Assembly (NCBI GenBank): GCA_023205875.1
Contig: CP060759.1
Coordinates: forward strand, 868,001 to 932,000
Direction of reading: 5' to 3'
Length of the DNA stretch: 64,000 nucleotides
Source of the DNA: Chloropicon primus
Lineage: Eukaryota
Shown here piece by piece: positions 30,291 through 41,823 of this stretch. How positions within the stretch are numbered: position 1 is the first letter of the stretch; each line of letters opens with the position of its first letter. A model generated the notes under the pieces. That model did no database searches. It was not told the origin of the DNA and saw nothing but the letters and a program-made list of their open reading frames with translations. The position numbers and the translations under genes are program-made.

Positions 30291-32024
30291 ATGGTGAAGA
30301 TGAGGATGAGGATGAGGGTGAGCCAATCGCGAGGCTTTGGGCTTCGTGGCGGGGGTTTTCGTGGCCCGAGGCTTCGGTTGGGGTGCGAGGTCGTGGCCAG
30401 CGAGGAACCCGGTCGGAGGATTCGACGGGATGCTTCCGTCGCCCCCCCCGTGCCCTCCGAGGCTGACGTGGTCGTCATAGGGTCGGGGATCGGGGGGCTC
30501 TGCTGCGCCGCGGTTGCCGCCAAGTACGGGTTCTCGGTCGCGGTTCTGGAGAGCCACACGATCCCAGGGGGCTGCGCCCACAGCTTCAAGAGGGAAGGGT
30601 ACGAGTTCGACAGCGGCCCGAGCTTCTTTGCCGGGATAGGGGCGGGGGGCAAGAGCAACAACGCCCTCAAGCAGGTCCTCGACCTCGTCGGGGAGGAGGT
30701 GGAGTGCGCCGAGTACCGGGGGTGGAACGCGCACCTCCCCGAGGGCCTGTTCGCCTGCGAGAACAACGAGGAGTCTTACCTCAGGGAGCTGAGAAAGTAC
30801 GGGGGGGACGACGCCGTTCGAGAGTGGAAGGCCCTCAGCGCGGCCATGGGGCCTCTCGCGAGGTCGGCCGAGGCCCTCTCCTTCGCGAGCCTGAGGAACG
30901 ACGCCTTCGCTGCGCTCACCGTGGGCAGGAGCGGGAAGGCCTTCGCCAAGAGCGGGATTCTGAACGAGGGGCCCTTGGACGCCATGAACCAGCTCAACGG
31001 ACCCTTCTCCTACCTGCTGGAGAAGGCCAACGTCCGCAACGAGTTCCTGCGGAACGTGATCGACCTGGAGTGCTTCGTGCTGTCCGGCATGGTTGCCGAC
31101 GGGACCCTGTCGCCCGAAATGGCGTACATGTACCACGAGCGCCACAAGCCGGACTCCAAGCTGGATTACCCCCTCGGGGGGTGCAGGGCGATCATCGACG
31201 CGCTGATCAGGGGGATCGAAAAGCTCGGAGGGACCGTGCACTGTGGGAAGCACGTGGAGCAGATCGCCTTCAGCGGTGGGAGGGCCACCGGGGTCTTGCT
31301 GAAGAGCGGTCAGAGGGTGAGCGCGAAAAAGAAGGTCGTGAGCAATGCGAGCGTGTGGGACACCTACTCGAAACTGGTTCCAAAGTCCGAGCTCCCGGGG
31401 GAGGCTTCCAAGCTCGCGCACAGCGTTCCGAAACTCAACAGTTTCATGCACTTGCACCTGGGAATCGACGGCGAGGGACTGCCGGATGATCTTGGAATCC
31501 ACCACCTAGTGGTCAACAGCTGGGAGGGCGGCGTGGACGCCGATCAGAACGTCGTTAACATCTCCATTCCGAGCACGCTCGACCCGTCCCTCGCCCCTCG
31601 CGGGAAGCACTTGGTCCACGCTTACACGGCGGCCAACGAGCCCTACGAGGTGTGGGAGGGCGTCGAGCGCGGGACTGAGGAGTACAACGCGATGAAGGAG
31701 GAGAGATCGCAGTGCGTGTGGGCGGCCTTGGAGAGGGTCATTCCGGACGTGCGGGAGAGAACCGAGCTGAAGCTTGTGGGCACTCCACTCACGCACGCCA
31801 GGTTCGTCAGAAGGCAAAGCGGGTCTTACGGGCCAGGCATAGCAGCGGGAAAGCAATCTTGGCCAACGGCCAACACGGCCATTGATGGCCTGCTCCTCTG
31901 CGGAGACTCCACCTTCCCCGGAATCGGCGTGCCTGCTGTGGCGGGATCAGGCTTTATCGCCGCGAATTCGATAGCTTCTCCATTCCAACACCTCAAGCTC
32001 CTGGAGACGCTGGACAATTTGTAG
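30291..32024 (+). CDS. Carotenoid isomerase (CrtISO/CrtH)-like FAD oxidoreductase
   Basis: Transit peptide, VVIGSGIGG, PGGCAHSF..FDSGPS, GTPLTHARF, CGDSTFPGIGVPAVAGSG. Confidence 0.85.
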   Translation: MVKMRMRMRVSQSRGFGLRGGGFRGPRLRLGCEVVASEEPGRRIRRDASVAPPVPSEADVVVIGSGIGGLCCAAVAAKYGFSVAVLESHTIPGGCAHSFKREGYEFDSGPSFFAGIGAGGKSNNALKQVLDLVGEEVECAEYRGWNAHLPEGLFACENNEESYLRELRKYGGDDAVREWKALSAAMGPLARSAEALSFASLRNDAFAALTVGRSGKAFAKSGILNEGPLDAMNQLNGPFSYLLEKANVRNEFLRNVIDLECFVLSGMVADGTLSPEMAYMYHERHKPDSKLDYPLGGCRAIIDALIRGIEKLGGTVHCGKHVEQIAFSGGRATGVLLKSGQRVSAKKKVVSNASVWDTYSKLVPKSELPGEASKLAHSVPKLNSFMHLHLGIDGEGLPDDLGIHHLVVNSWEGGVDADQNVVNISIPSTLDPSLAPRGKHLVHAYTAANEPYEVWEGVERGTEEYNAMKEERSQCVWAALERVIPDVRERTELKLVGTPLTHARFVRRQSGSYGPGIAAGKQSWPTANTAIDGLLLCGDSTFPGIGVPAVAGSGFIAANSIASPFQHLKLLETLDNL

Positions 32025-32099
32025 ATTAGGCAAGCCATAAAGGTACACAAAGGGTTTTTACAAGTATAATATTGAGTATTGTCTTCCGCACTTGAATGC

Positions 32100-34017
32100 T
32101 TAGACGAATTCCGACTCTTCTTCAATGTTCCCTCCATCGGCCTGACCCTCGTCGATCTCGTCGTCGCTCACCATGTCTGGATCGATCCCCTTCATCAGCT
32201 TCTCCAGCCTTTCCAGGCCCGTCTGGGCTTCCTCGTTCCTCTCGTTCAGGCTTAGGGCGATGTGGTAGTGCTCCACGGCCTCCCCGTACTTTTGCGACTC
32301 CACCAGTATTCCCGCGAGACTGGTGTGCAGCTCGTCGTTCACGTTGGATTCCAGGTGCTTGGACAAGATGTGCTCCGCTGCCACGAGGTTCCTGTTGGCG
32401 ATGTGGATGTCCACGATCGCGAGAATCGCTTCCTTGGACCCCGGACTCGACTTCAAGACCTTTTCGAAGATTTTCATACCCCTGTCCCTCGTCTCGCTCT
32501 GCTTGGCGTACACGTTGCCCAGCAGCATGAGAGCCTTTGTCGAGGTGGGCATCAGTCTGACCGCCTCCCTCGCCGTGACCAGGGCCTCCTTGTGCTTCCT
32601 GTACGCCGTGTACGCCTTGCTCAGGCCCTCGAAGGCCGAGATGTTCGGCTCCAGCGTCTGAGCCTTCCTGAAAGAGCTAACAGCACTGTCCGGTCGATTC
32701 AGCTTGAGGCACAAGTTCCCCTTGAGCAGGTGCAGCATGGCAAGCGTGTCGTCGAGCCTCAGTCCCTTCTCGGCGTAGCTCAGAGCCCTGAGCCTGTCCT
32801 CCTTCGCGTCCCAGTAAAGAGAGGCCGCCACCCAGGTCTCCGGCTTCCTGTTGTTGATCCTCATGAGGTCGTGCGTCAGCCTGTTCAGCTCCACCACGTT
32901 GTTCGTGGCGTTGAGCGCCAGGGCGTAGTGATCCATCTTATCCATGCAGGCGTTGTCGACGTTCCTCACGTGCTGGAAGCACGACACGGCTTCCCTGTAG
33001 TTTCCCGCCATGCAGTGCGTCTGGCCCAGCTCCAGCAGAAGGTGCACGTTGTTCGGGAAGACGCGGATGAAGCTGCTCAGGCTCACCGCGGACTTTTCGA
33101 CCTCGTCCGCCCTCTTCAGCTTGTGGCACTTGATGAACCGGGAGATCCACGACTGGAGGTCCCACGAGGAGGCGGCCTCGTGCCCCCCCCCGGGCTTGGC
33201 GGCGTTCTGGTCCCCGTTGGAAAAGTGCTGAGAGAGAATCCCTTGGAGCTCCTCGAGCTTGAGACCCAGCTCCGCGAGGGCGATCCAGGCTTCCACCGCG
33301 TAGGGGCAGAGCCTGAGGCACTCCCGGTACGTGGAGGCGGCCGCTCGCTCGTAGCCATTGACGCGGTACAGCTTGGCAAGCGTCAGGAGGAGGGGGAGGG
33401 TCCGGTACCTCGACGACACCGTCTCCAGCTCGGCAAGAGCGGCCCTCGGGGAGTTGAGGGCCATGTGGCACTTGGCCACCTCGAACTTTATGGCAGCCTC
33501 CGTCTCCTCCAGGTCCCCCCCGCCGCTCTTCTGCTGCCCCTGGAAGGGCAGGGACAGGGAGAACCCCCCCGACCCCGTGAGCTTCCTGGCGTGGATCTCG
33601 CAGTTCTGCAGGGCCTGCCTGTAGTAAGCTATCGCCCTGGCGTGCTCCCCCTTTCCCACCAGAGCCCCGGCGTACGTGACCAGGTACTCCACCCGGCACG
33701 ACGACGACAAGCCGTTCGACGTGCTCATCGTCGAGAGCAGGAAATTCCCCTGGACGGGACACGCAGAGAGGCAGAGGCGCAGAGGCGCAGAGAGAGAGAG
33801 AGAGTCAGCAGACCTCAGTCGTCTCACGCTTGGAAGAGAAGGAGAGCGAGCGAGGTTTGGTCTCTGGTTTCCCCCCTCGTGACGTTCGATTGGGTTCCAA
33901 AACCAAATATCTCACCAGTATCTCTGCCGATTCGTGGACGCCCTGGTCCAGAAGCTCCGTCATGCAGCCGTGCATCTCCCGCATCATCGCCTCGCCCGAA
34001 GCCTTCGCGTCCGCCAT
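32100..34017 (-). CDS. APC7: Anaphase-promoting complex subunit 7-like TPR protein (intron 33750-33915)
   Basis: Exon 1 ..ELLDQGVHESAEIL spliced to GNFLLS; TPR array with ECLRLCPYAVEAWIALAELG; acidic tail GLERLEKLMKGIDPD. Confidence 0.8.
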
Positions 34018-34505
34018 CGCTGCACGAGCGAACGCCGACGACCCAACAAACAACCAAACCTCTGCCGAAGCGGCCTGTCCCTCGCTCCCGCTCGTTCAAA
34101 AAAAGAGAAAAGGAGAACGAGACCCTCGTTCAAAAAGAAGAAGGAGAAGTAGTAGTAGAAAAGAGGGACAGGAGGACGACCTCGACCTCAACCCTTCCCT
34201 CCTCCTGGCCAACAGAAGCGACCGCAAACAACCTCACGGCACCAGGCACCAAAACCACGACAAGGCCCTCCTGTCTGTCGGCTTTCTTTCGAATTTTTGA
34301 ACGAATCCATCATGAATCGATGGTCCTGATTTTTCCTCTCCGGCCCCGTTGATTCGTTCCCCCAGGGGTCACGACCGGGACGGGGAGGTGAGTGAGTGGT
34401 CTTGTGCGATGGAATCGGCCGGGAAGGGGGTCCTTGGGACGAGGGGAGGGGGTGCCGATGGAATCTACGTCTTGAGACCTCTCGTTTGAGCCTTTGCTGG
34501 AAAGA

Positions 34506-34521
34506 TTTGGCGGGCGGGAAA
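34506..34521. promoter_or_regulatory. Paired E2F-like sites in the APC7/cyclin divergent promoter
   Basis: TTTGGCGGGCGGGAAA = TTTGGCGG on + and TTTCCCGC on -. Confidence 0.45.
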
Positions 34522-34856
34522 GGATTTGACTGACTGAAGGGTTGATTGTGGTTTTTTTTTATTTTTTATTATTATTTTTTTCTTGTAGCACTTCTACCTC
34601 GTGGTGTGAACTCACTCCGATCGCCGGGGTAGCGGGAAGGGCGGCGCGAGGGCTCACACTTGGTCGGATCGGGTGGATCGGGTGGTTGAACCCTGAGCGA
34701 CTGGACCACCGGGGGCGTTGGCTGGCTGGGGTAGTAGAGATGTCGTGCCCTTGAGAGGATCCCCAAGGGCTCCGATCGTTGTTTCGTTGTTATCGTTGTT
34801 ATCGTTGTTATTTCCCCCTCCCTCTCCGAGGAAGCGGGGCTCCGCCGTCACACGGG

Positions 34857-35713
34857 ATGGACTACGAGCTTCTTAGGCGGTTCGAGAGGCAGAAGCTCCA
34901 GTTCTACAAGGTAAGCGTGGCCTCCGCTCATCCTCCATGTCCGTCGGCGTGCCCGATCCTGACGCCTGCCTGCCTGTCGCATCGCAATCGCAATTGCAGA
35001 ACGCGGCGCTGCCGCGGAAGAGCTCCCGGGTCCTCGAGTTCGCCAGGAATCTCTGCTCGGACTTGAGCCTGCCCAGCGTCGTGCTTCACTCCGGCTTGCA
35101 GCTGTTGGACCGGGTTGGGCAGTTCATCGACATAGAGGACTCCATGGTGTCGACGATGGCGGCGGTGTGCACCTTCATCGGATCCAAGGTCGAGATGAAT
35201 CCGGAGGAGATCCCTTGCGTCCGGAAATTCTTGCCTGCGGTCGGGAACGGGAACCTGATCGCGGAGGACTTCCGAAGCTTGGAGGTCAACGTGCTGAGAG
35301 TGCTGGAGTGGAGCACGGTGAGCGCAACTCCCGCCCACTTCCTTCCGTCCTTCGTCCGCAAGCAGCCTCTGCTGGACGCCCTCGTCGGCCAGTCCCGGGG
35401 TGCTGGCCGGGGAAGCTTCGTCGACACGACGCTCCTCGTGCTCGCCGAGGAGGTCGGGGGCGCGAGGCTGAACTCCCTTCCGAGCGAGATCTCCTCCGTG
35501 GTGTTCCATCTGATGCTCACCGAGGCGCTGCCCCACTTGAACGCCTCCGAGATCGTCGAGGAGGTCACCGGGTACAGCGTGGAAAGGGACCTGCAGGAAT
35601 GCAGGAGGCAGCTCGTGGACAGGACGAGGGTTTGGGACCTGTTGAAATCGAAGCTGCCGAAGAACATCAGTCCAAGGAGCACCCTGAACCTTGTGCACGA
35701 AGAGCGTAATTAG
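34857..35713 (+). CDS. Cyclin-like protein (intron 34911-34998)
   Basis: MDYELLRRFERQKLQFYK|NAALP; cyclin box features LQLLDR, AVCTFIGSKVE, LEVNVLRVLEWSTVSATPAHFL. Confidence 0.75.
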
Positions 35714-35979
35714 GGGTGCTAGAATCGGGGTGGCACTTCGTGCGCGGGCGGGGTGGGGGCATTCTCCGCCCGGGTCGGTGCCCGGGAAAGGGACAAGGGG
35801 GTAGACGGGTGTGCCGTTGGTTTTTCACACAAACATCTTTAGAAGTAGAACAAGGAGGAGGTCGTTGGGGCATCTCATTTTTCAACAAATAAAACATGCT
35901 ACAACATAATACAATACTGCTCCTTGCTGACGCGCTTGGCCAGGCTGACCGTGGCCGCGGTTTAGGTTTCTGGTGGTTC

Positions 35980-36486
35980 TCAGAATATTCCAAACCTCCG
36001 CGGGGCTGGCTTCCCGCTCCGCCCTTCGAGCTCCTCCAGCCTGCTCAGCATCTCCCTCTGCTTCAGCTCGAGGTTGGCAATGATCGCCATCTGGTGTTCT
36101 TGCAGCCTCATCCTCTTCTCCTCCTTTTCTACCCTCCGCTTCTCTTTGTTCACCCTCTTCAGCTCGTCCCTCCTGTTGCTCCGGTCGTACTCGTACAGCA
36201 GCAGGCCCCCACCAACAGTGTAGATAAAACTTTCGGAGAAGAACTTCCCCGCCAGGTTCAGCGCCCGCTCGTCGTTCAGAGGCGATATCTCTGCGCCCTT
36301 CTTCTTCTCCTGGCCCCTTGCTGCCCTGTTGATCCTCACGTTCCACCTGTGGAGGACTTGAGCCCAATCGATCGCCCGCTGCCTCACCACCGGGTGGGAG
36401 AGCATGTAATCCTGGAAGACGTACGCCAAAGGCTTCGACGCCGTCTTCACCGTCATGGTGAACACTTTGATCGCAAGCTGCGCCAT
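35980..36486 (-). CDS. OPA3: OPA3-like protein
   Basis: VKTASKPLA, PLNDERALNLAGKFFSESFIYTVGGGLLLYEY and a coiled-coil tail. Confidence 0.85.
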   Translation of the reverse strand: MAQLAIKVFTMTVKTASKPLAYVFQDYMLSHPVVRQRAIDWAQVLHRWNVRINRAARGQEKKKGAEISPLNDERALNLAGKFFSESFIYTVGGGLLLYEYDRSNRRDELKRVNKEKRRVEKEEKRMRLQEHQMAIIANLELKQREMLSRLEELEGRSGKPAPRRFGIF

Positions 36487-36822
36487 CACAACCCCCGCAC
36501 CAGCCCCCTCCACACACCGTCCTCAACCAAGGCCACCACCAGGCTCCAATGCAATCCAAACCAAACCAAACCCGTTGCCTCCCTCTCCACCAACCCCCTT
36601 CTCTCTCTCGCCACCTCCGCCACTCCAGACGGCGGCAAACTCGTCGACTCCGAGCCTTGCCCCTCCCTTGCCTCGTCCCCACCGTCCTCCGCTTCGGGAC
36701 CGGGACGACGAACTCCGCTTCGACACGACCACCTTCGCTCCGCTCCTCGACAGACAGAGAGAGAGCGCGCGCGCGAGGGTGGTGGTGGTCGTGGGGAGGC
36801 AAAGGGCGGAAGGGGGGGGAGG

Positions 36823-39800
36823 ATGAAGAGGGAGAGGTATCCGATAGTCCTGAAGGCCCTTTATGGAAACGATGTGCAAACGTTGCGAGAGGCGGTGGAC
36901 TTGTTGGCGCCGTTCGAGACGGAGGACCGTCGGGGTTCGACGGTAGGGGACTGGAGGAGGGAAGATGATCATGTGTCCTCCCTCCCCTCGAGCTCGTACA
37001 ACAGAGTGTCGCAGGACGGGCTGGACATGCTGTTGGACGAGACGTTCGTGGTGTTCGAGCGGAGGGCGCCCGACCTCGCGACGTGGTTCCAGCGGGCAAG
37101 GAACAGGCGAGAGAGCGGTAACGGTCGCTACCTCGAGGCGCGGAACTGCCAGAGGCGCTTGGTGTTGGAGGTCGTGAACGAAAAGTTCAAAGTAGGAAAG
37201 TCTGGGGGATCGGGGAACACGGACGTGTTGTGCATAGGGTACAAGAAGGTCAACGGCGCGAGCGGCAGGGGAAGGTCCATGAACGCCATGGACCTGCCGT
37301 GCTCCAGCAACGGGGGTGGTCATCAGGGCAACATCCAAAGGACGTTTAACTCCTCCGTTCCCGCTGATCTGCTCTCCACCACGGCTTGGCAAGGTCTACT
37401 GACAGTATTAGGGCGAGACATCCTCAAGTACATCTTGATGCACTCCTCAGTCTTTGTCACGCAAACCCAGCCGCGTGGCAGAAAGTACTATTTGCAGGCT
37501 TGTGGGTACCCGGTGAACAGCTACGTGTACAAGAAGGCGTGGCAAGCGAAGCACCTGCCGCCGCCAGCTCCCGGTGTGACCAAGGGCCTTAGCACGGAGC
37601 CGAGCGATCCCGAGGAGAGACTCTTGCAGTTCAGTGATATATCAACGAACCCAGAGCTAGACGAGTCGTACAGGAGAACTGTTAAGGACCAGATGGAGAA
37701 GGGCGCAAGGTGGTGGAACGACTTGGGAGAGTTAGAAGACGTGAGGATGTTAGATTCCGAGGGCAGCTTGCATTTCGGCGACGACGAGGGCGGCCTTGTA
37801 CCGCTCGCGGAGTTGTTCGATCAAGAGCCCTCGCAGCCGCGAAAGAGGAAGGCTGTCCGTCTTCCGGCTTGGAAGAGAAGGAAGGAGGCAAAAATGACTG
37901 AGCGTCAGGACCAAGAGATGGTCGAACCAGCCGCTGCACTCCCCAACCCCACGACGCATGGGAGGACCACAGCCATGAATGCATTCGAAGGGAATGGAAG
38001 TGCTGCCCCAGCCTGGAAGAAACAGCCCAAAAAGGATATTTCAGGATCGTTGAAGGTTCCAAGGCCTTACTTGTTTAATGTGAAGTGGTGCCTAACTTAT
38101 ACAGCTGGTTCAGGTTTGCCACGCAAACACATTTTGTTGGGGCTGACCAGCGACGTTCCCGGCAGCATGCAGCTGCTGCAAGACATATTCTCGAGCGAAC
38201 TGAGGCGGGACTCTGGGAAGGCAGGGATCGCGGCGGTCAGGAGTGGATCTCAAAAGCCGCCAGGTGCAAAGGTTCCCAATTGCGTGAGGCACTTGTGTCC
38301 AATGGCAAGGCACTTGATCAAGGCAGCGCGAGTCTGTCCCTATTTCAGGTTGCTCAAGGAATCTTGCCCAGATCCAGTCGAAATGAAAAGGAAAGGAATT
38401 CTTTTCAGCGAGAGCGAGAATGTCTTGGATTACAGCACGTCCCCGAAACAGTTAGGGGATTTTGTTTGGTCCGTTATCACATTCATCACTCCGAAGATAC
38501 TCTTGGGTAGCAAGTCCAACCGAAGGGCGCTGAGGAATGCGATCCACAAGTTTCTGTGCAAGAAGCGGTACGAGGAGATGACCATGCAGGAGGCCGTGTT
38601 CAATATGAAAGTGAAGGAATTCGACTGGTTCTGCCCGAGCAAACAGAAGGATCAGAAGAAGAGAACAGCAAGTCAGCACAGGGACTATTCCAACTTACTG
38701 AAAAGGTGGATCTTTTGGGTGTTCACTCGACTGGTCAACCCTTTGGTACTGACGAACTTCTATGTGACCCAGGCGGAGGGCCGCGGCTGGAAGGTCTTTT
38801 ACGTTCGCCACAGTTGTTGGAAAAAGGCATGCATGAGCCACATGGATGGCCTATGCAATGGAGGCAAGCGCATGTTGAAAGAGGTCGAGAAGGGTGATCT
38901 GAAGCAAGTGCTGCAAAGGAACCATTTGGGCGTAAGCCACCTCAGATTTCTTCCCAAACGCAGCACGGGCGTGAGACTTATATTAAACCAGAGCAAGCGG
39001 ACAGACCTTAGTTCTCATCTCAGCGAGCTCGACCTTCCCGGGTCCTTGAAGGAGGTCCTAGGACAATTCAAACGGCGGCCTATCAACAGTTTCTTGAGGG
39101 AGGCCCATTGCGCGATCCAGCACGAGGTAAACGCCCTTCCCGGTGTTTTGGGTACGTCGGGCTTGAGCTTGAGCGAGGCCCAGCGGAAGCTCAGCGCGTT
39201 CCTACACAAGCAGGCGGCGAGAGGTGCCAGTCAGAAGTTCTATGTAGTCTCCTGCGATGTGGAAAAAGCCTATGACTCTGTGGACGCAAACCACCTTATC
39301 TCCATGGTCGATGACATATTCCAGCAGGACGAATACGAGTTCTTCAAATTCACACGCACGAATTTCGGGCACGGGACTCCTTTCACAAAGACGACGCAGG
39401 CGTGTGGAGCCTTGCCGCCCAACAGCGATTTCGAGGTCGGTTTTTCCAAGCATGCCAATGAGGTGCTCCTGAACAAGGCCTCCAGCTCGAAGGTGAAAGC
39501 TTCAGCGCTCCAGGCGATTGTGAGAGAGCACTTGCTGTCAAACGTGATTCTTGGGTGGGGGAAATTCTACAAGCAGACGGTGGGGATCCCTCAAGGCTCG
39601 ACCCTGTCAGCCTTGCTGTGTTCCCTTTACTTGGCGAATTTGGAGGTGAACAGAATATTCCCATTGATGGATATTGAGTCGGAGAACGTCGATGCTCTGA
39701 GGTTCCACTTGAGGCACAGCAAGGGCGTGCAAGGCCACGGCGTCGGGGGGGAGGGCGGCCCTCCACCTCTGTCTGCAACCCTGAGCACGGATCCTTCTCA

Positions 39801-40665
39801 CGGCACACTGAGAGCATCAACCCAGGCGAAGGCGACGTCGCACCAGAGCACAATCCTGAGGTATGTGGACGATTTCTTGTACATCACCAGCAGCGAAGAG
39901 GACGCCAGGAAGTTCTTGAAAGTGATGCACCAGGGCTTTCCGGAGTACAACTGTTACATGAACAAGAAGAAGACCAGTTGCAACTTCAGCGTGGACGGAA
40001 GCGATGCGAGCGGGTCAAGGAATTTGTGGATCGACGGAAAAGGTTCTGCGTTCCTGAAGTGGTGCGGCATGCTGATCAACGCGAACACGCTTGAGATTCA
40101 GAGGGACCTCACCCAAGACACGGGGGGTGTCACGAACACTGTTCTGATCCCTCCGCAACCAGGAAATCACCTGAAGGCGAAGCTTTACCGATTCATGCAG
40201 TTCGATCTCAAAAATGCCTCGCTCTTTGACTTCGTCATCAATTCTCCCGAGGTGGTGAGGCTCAACGTGTACCAGGTGTTCCTTGTGGGCGCCACCAAGT
40301 GCGAATACATGTTGAGCCACATGGTCAGCTCCCCGCCGCTCGTAGACATCTTGTACGACGCGATCTCCAGCTCGTTGTCCCACGTGGTCTTTAGGGTCCG
40401 GAAGCACCAGGACGAGCTCAGGCAGCTGATGCGAGACCCGTCCTGCGACGCTTGCAAGAACGGGGTGGTGAAAATAACCCCGGAGAGCCACATCAGGTGG
40501 CTGGGCTACCAGGGTTTCCTGGGGGTCTTGAAAAGGAAGCAGACGAGGCACGCCGCGATCATCGCACGCTTGGAGTGCGACCTGAAGGACCCCGATTTCG
40601 AGTGCCTTCACGCCCGGCTGGCGGGAACCTTGAACCCCGACTTGAGGCGGTTTCGTCAGGTCTGA
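36823..40665 (+). CDS. TERT: Telomerase reverse transcriptase, intronless
   Basis: TEN GQ-like YLQACG, CP motif CPYFRLLKESCP, T motif NFYVTQ, motif 1 LRFLPK, A CDVEKAYDSV, B' GIPQGSTLS, C LRYVDDFL, E WCGMLIN; start set at MKRERYP because the upstream in-frame extension overlaps OPA3. Confidence 0.95.
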   Translation: MKRERYPIVLKALYGNDVQTLREAVDLLAPFETEDRRGSTVGDWRREDDHVSSLPSSSYNRVSQDGLDMLLDETFVVFERRAPDLATWFQRARNRRESGNGRYLEARNCQRRLVLEVVNEKFKVGKSGGSGNTDVLCIGYKKVNGASGRGRSMNAMDLPCSSNGGGHQGNIQRTFNSSVPADLLSTTAWQGLLTVLGRDILKYILMHSSVFVTQTQPRGRKYYLQACGYPVNSYVYKKAWQAKHLPPPAPGVTKGLSTEPSDPEERLLQFSDISTNPELDESYRRTVKDQMEKGARWWNDLGELEDVRMLDSEGSLHFGDDEGGLVPLAELFDQEPSQPRKRKAVRLPAWKRRKEAKMTERQDQEMVEPAAALPNPTTHGRTTAMNAFEGNGSAAPAWKKQPKKDISGSLKVPRPYLFNVKWCLTYTAGSGLPRKHILLGLTSDVPGSMQLLQDIFSSELRRDSGKAGIAAVRSGSQKPPGAKVPNCVRHLCPMARHLIKAARVCPYFRLLKESCPDPVEMKRKGILFSESENVLDYSTSPKQLGDFVWSVITFITPKILLGSKSNRRALRNAIHKFLCKKRYEEMTMQEAVFNMKVKEFDWFCPSKQKDQKKRTASQHRDYSNLLKRWIFWVFTRLVNPLVLTNFYVTQAEGRGWKVFYVRHSCWKKACMSHMDGLCNGGKRMLKEVEKGDLKQVLQRNHLGVSHLRFLPKRSTGVRLILNQSKRTDLSSHLSELDLPGSLKEVLGQFKRRPINSFLREAHCAIQHEVNALPGVLGTSGLSLSEAQRKLSAFLHKQAARGASQKFYVVSCDVEKAYDSVDANHLISMVDDIFQQDEYEFFKFTRTNFGHGTPFTKTTQACGALPPNSDFEVGFSKHANEVLLNKASSSKVKASALQAIVREHLLSNVILGWGKFYKQTVGIPQGSTLSALLCSLYLANLEVNRIFPLMDIESENVDALRFHLRHSKGVQGHGVGGEGGPPPLSATLSTDPSHGTLRASTQAKATSHQSTILRYVDDFLYITSSEEDARKFLKVMHQGFPEYNCYMNKKKTSCNFSVDGSDASGSRNLWIDGKGSAFLKWCGMLINANTLEIQRDLTQDTGGVTNTVLIPPQPGNHLKAKLYRFMQFDLKNASLFDFVINSPEVVRLNVYQVFLVGATKCEYMLSHMVSSPPLVDILYDAISSSLSHVVFRVRKHQDELRQLMRDPSCDACKNGVVKITPESHIRWLGYQGFLGVLKRKQTRHAAIIARLECDLKDPDFECLHARLAGTLNPDLRRFRQV

Positions 40666-41061
40666 AAATGTTTCTTTTTTTTTTTTGCTTGGTGTAGAGA
40701 GAGTCTAGTAAACTGGAGTCACTTTTTCACCCGTCCCCCTTCGAGGCCGTTACGATGGATTCAGGATCAAGGCTGCAGCAAAATGAATCCCGCCTCCTCC
40801 TCGGCTTGGTGACACACGAAGCAGTGGAAGGACCAACCCAAAGCAACGCAATCCAATCACCAGTCCACAGGCGGAGAGATCCCATCCCAAAGTCCATCGA
40901 GCGCATCCATCCCCATCCATCCCCATCCATCCTTGCAGACCTCTTCCTCTTTCTCTTTCTCCCTGGAAAAGTTCAAAGTTTTCCCTTCAAAACCCTAGTC
41001 CGCGCTCAATGTCAATGTAGATTTCGCATGATGAGGAGGGGAGGGAGAGGGAAAGAGCACC

Positions 41062-41823
41062 ATGGCGGCCCTGTTGAGACTGAGCAGAGCAGCATGCGCG
41101 ACCGCGACGAGGACGTTCGCACTCCGGTGCGTGGGAGGGAGTGGACTGAGCTCGACCTCGGCCCACGCCGCCGTGTTCCAGCCAGCGCCAGCGTTCAAGC
41201 AGCCGTTTGCTATGTATTCTCAGGACCCTTTTGAGGGGACCACGGACCTCGAGCCTCCTGTGAAAATGTATGGCACGTCTGCCAAGTACGCTGCGGCTCT
41301 CTGGTCTGCCGCGACGAAGGCGAAGGTTCTCGACGACGTCGCGACGGAGGTCGCCCAGATAATTGAGCTCAAGAACGGGGACGAGAAGTTCTCCGCCTTT
41401 CTTGACGATCCAACAGTTCCAGTAGAAAAGAAAATTGAGGGCTTGCAAAAGGTGTTCGAGGCCGGGAAGTTCACCGACATTACGAAAAACTTCTTCTTCG
41501 TCATGGCGGAGAACGGCAGGCTCGAGGAGCTCCCAATGGTCGCGGAGCAGTACCAGGAGCTCGTCTACGCTTCGAGGGGCGAGGTCCTCGTCACGGTGAC
41601 CTCCGCTATTCCTCTGTCTCCGGCTCAGGAGAACGAATGCAAGAAGGTCTTGACCGAGAAAGTTCTTAAGAAGGGAGAGAAGCTCGTTCTTAACGTGAAG
41701 ATTGACAGGAAGATATTGGGCGGACTCATCTTCGACATTGGTGAGAAGCATATTGATATGTCCATCGAGGCCAGGATAAGGAAAATCGAGAACCTCTTGC
41801 GCGAGGCTGTGGGAAGTGCCTAG
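41062..41823 (+). CDS. ATP5: Mitochondrial ATP synthase OSCP (delta) subunit
   Basis: Presequence; PPVKMYGTSAKYAAAL, NFFFVMAENGRL, VTVTSAIPL, ILGGLIFDIGEKHIDMSI. Confidence 0.95.
   Translation: MAALLRLSRAACATATRTFALRCVGGSGLSSTSAHAAVFQPAPAFKQPFAMYSQDPFEGTTDLEPPVKMYGTSAKYAAALWSAATKAKVLDDVATEVAQIIELKNGDEKFSAFLDDPTVPVEKKIEGLQKVFEAGKFTDITKNFFFVMAENGRLEELPMVAEQYQELVYASRGEVLVTVTSAIPLSPAQENECKKVLTEKVLKKGEKLVLNVKIDRKILGGLIFDIGEKHIDMSIEARIRKIENLLREAVGSA

Noticed and set aside
35896..36822. 309-aa N-terminal extension of the TERT ORF given in the track
   Set aside because: It is the antisense shadow of OPA3 plus promoter sequence; TERT-like sequence starts at ATG 36823
36823..40665. Reverse transcriptase as a retroelement, retron or DGR
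   Set aside because: It has TERT-specific TEN, CP and T motifs, with no endonuclease, gag, LTRs or template repeats
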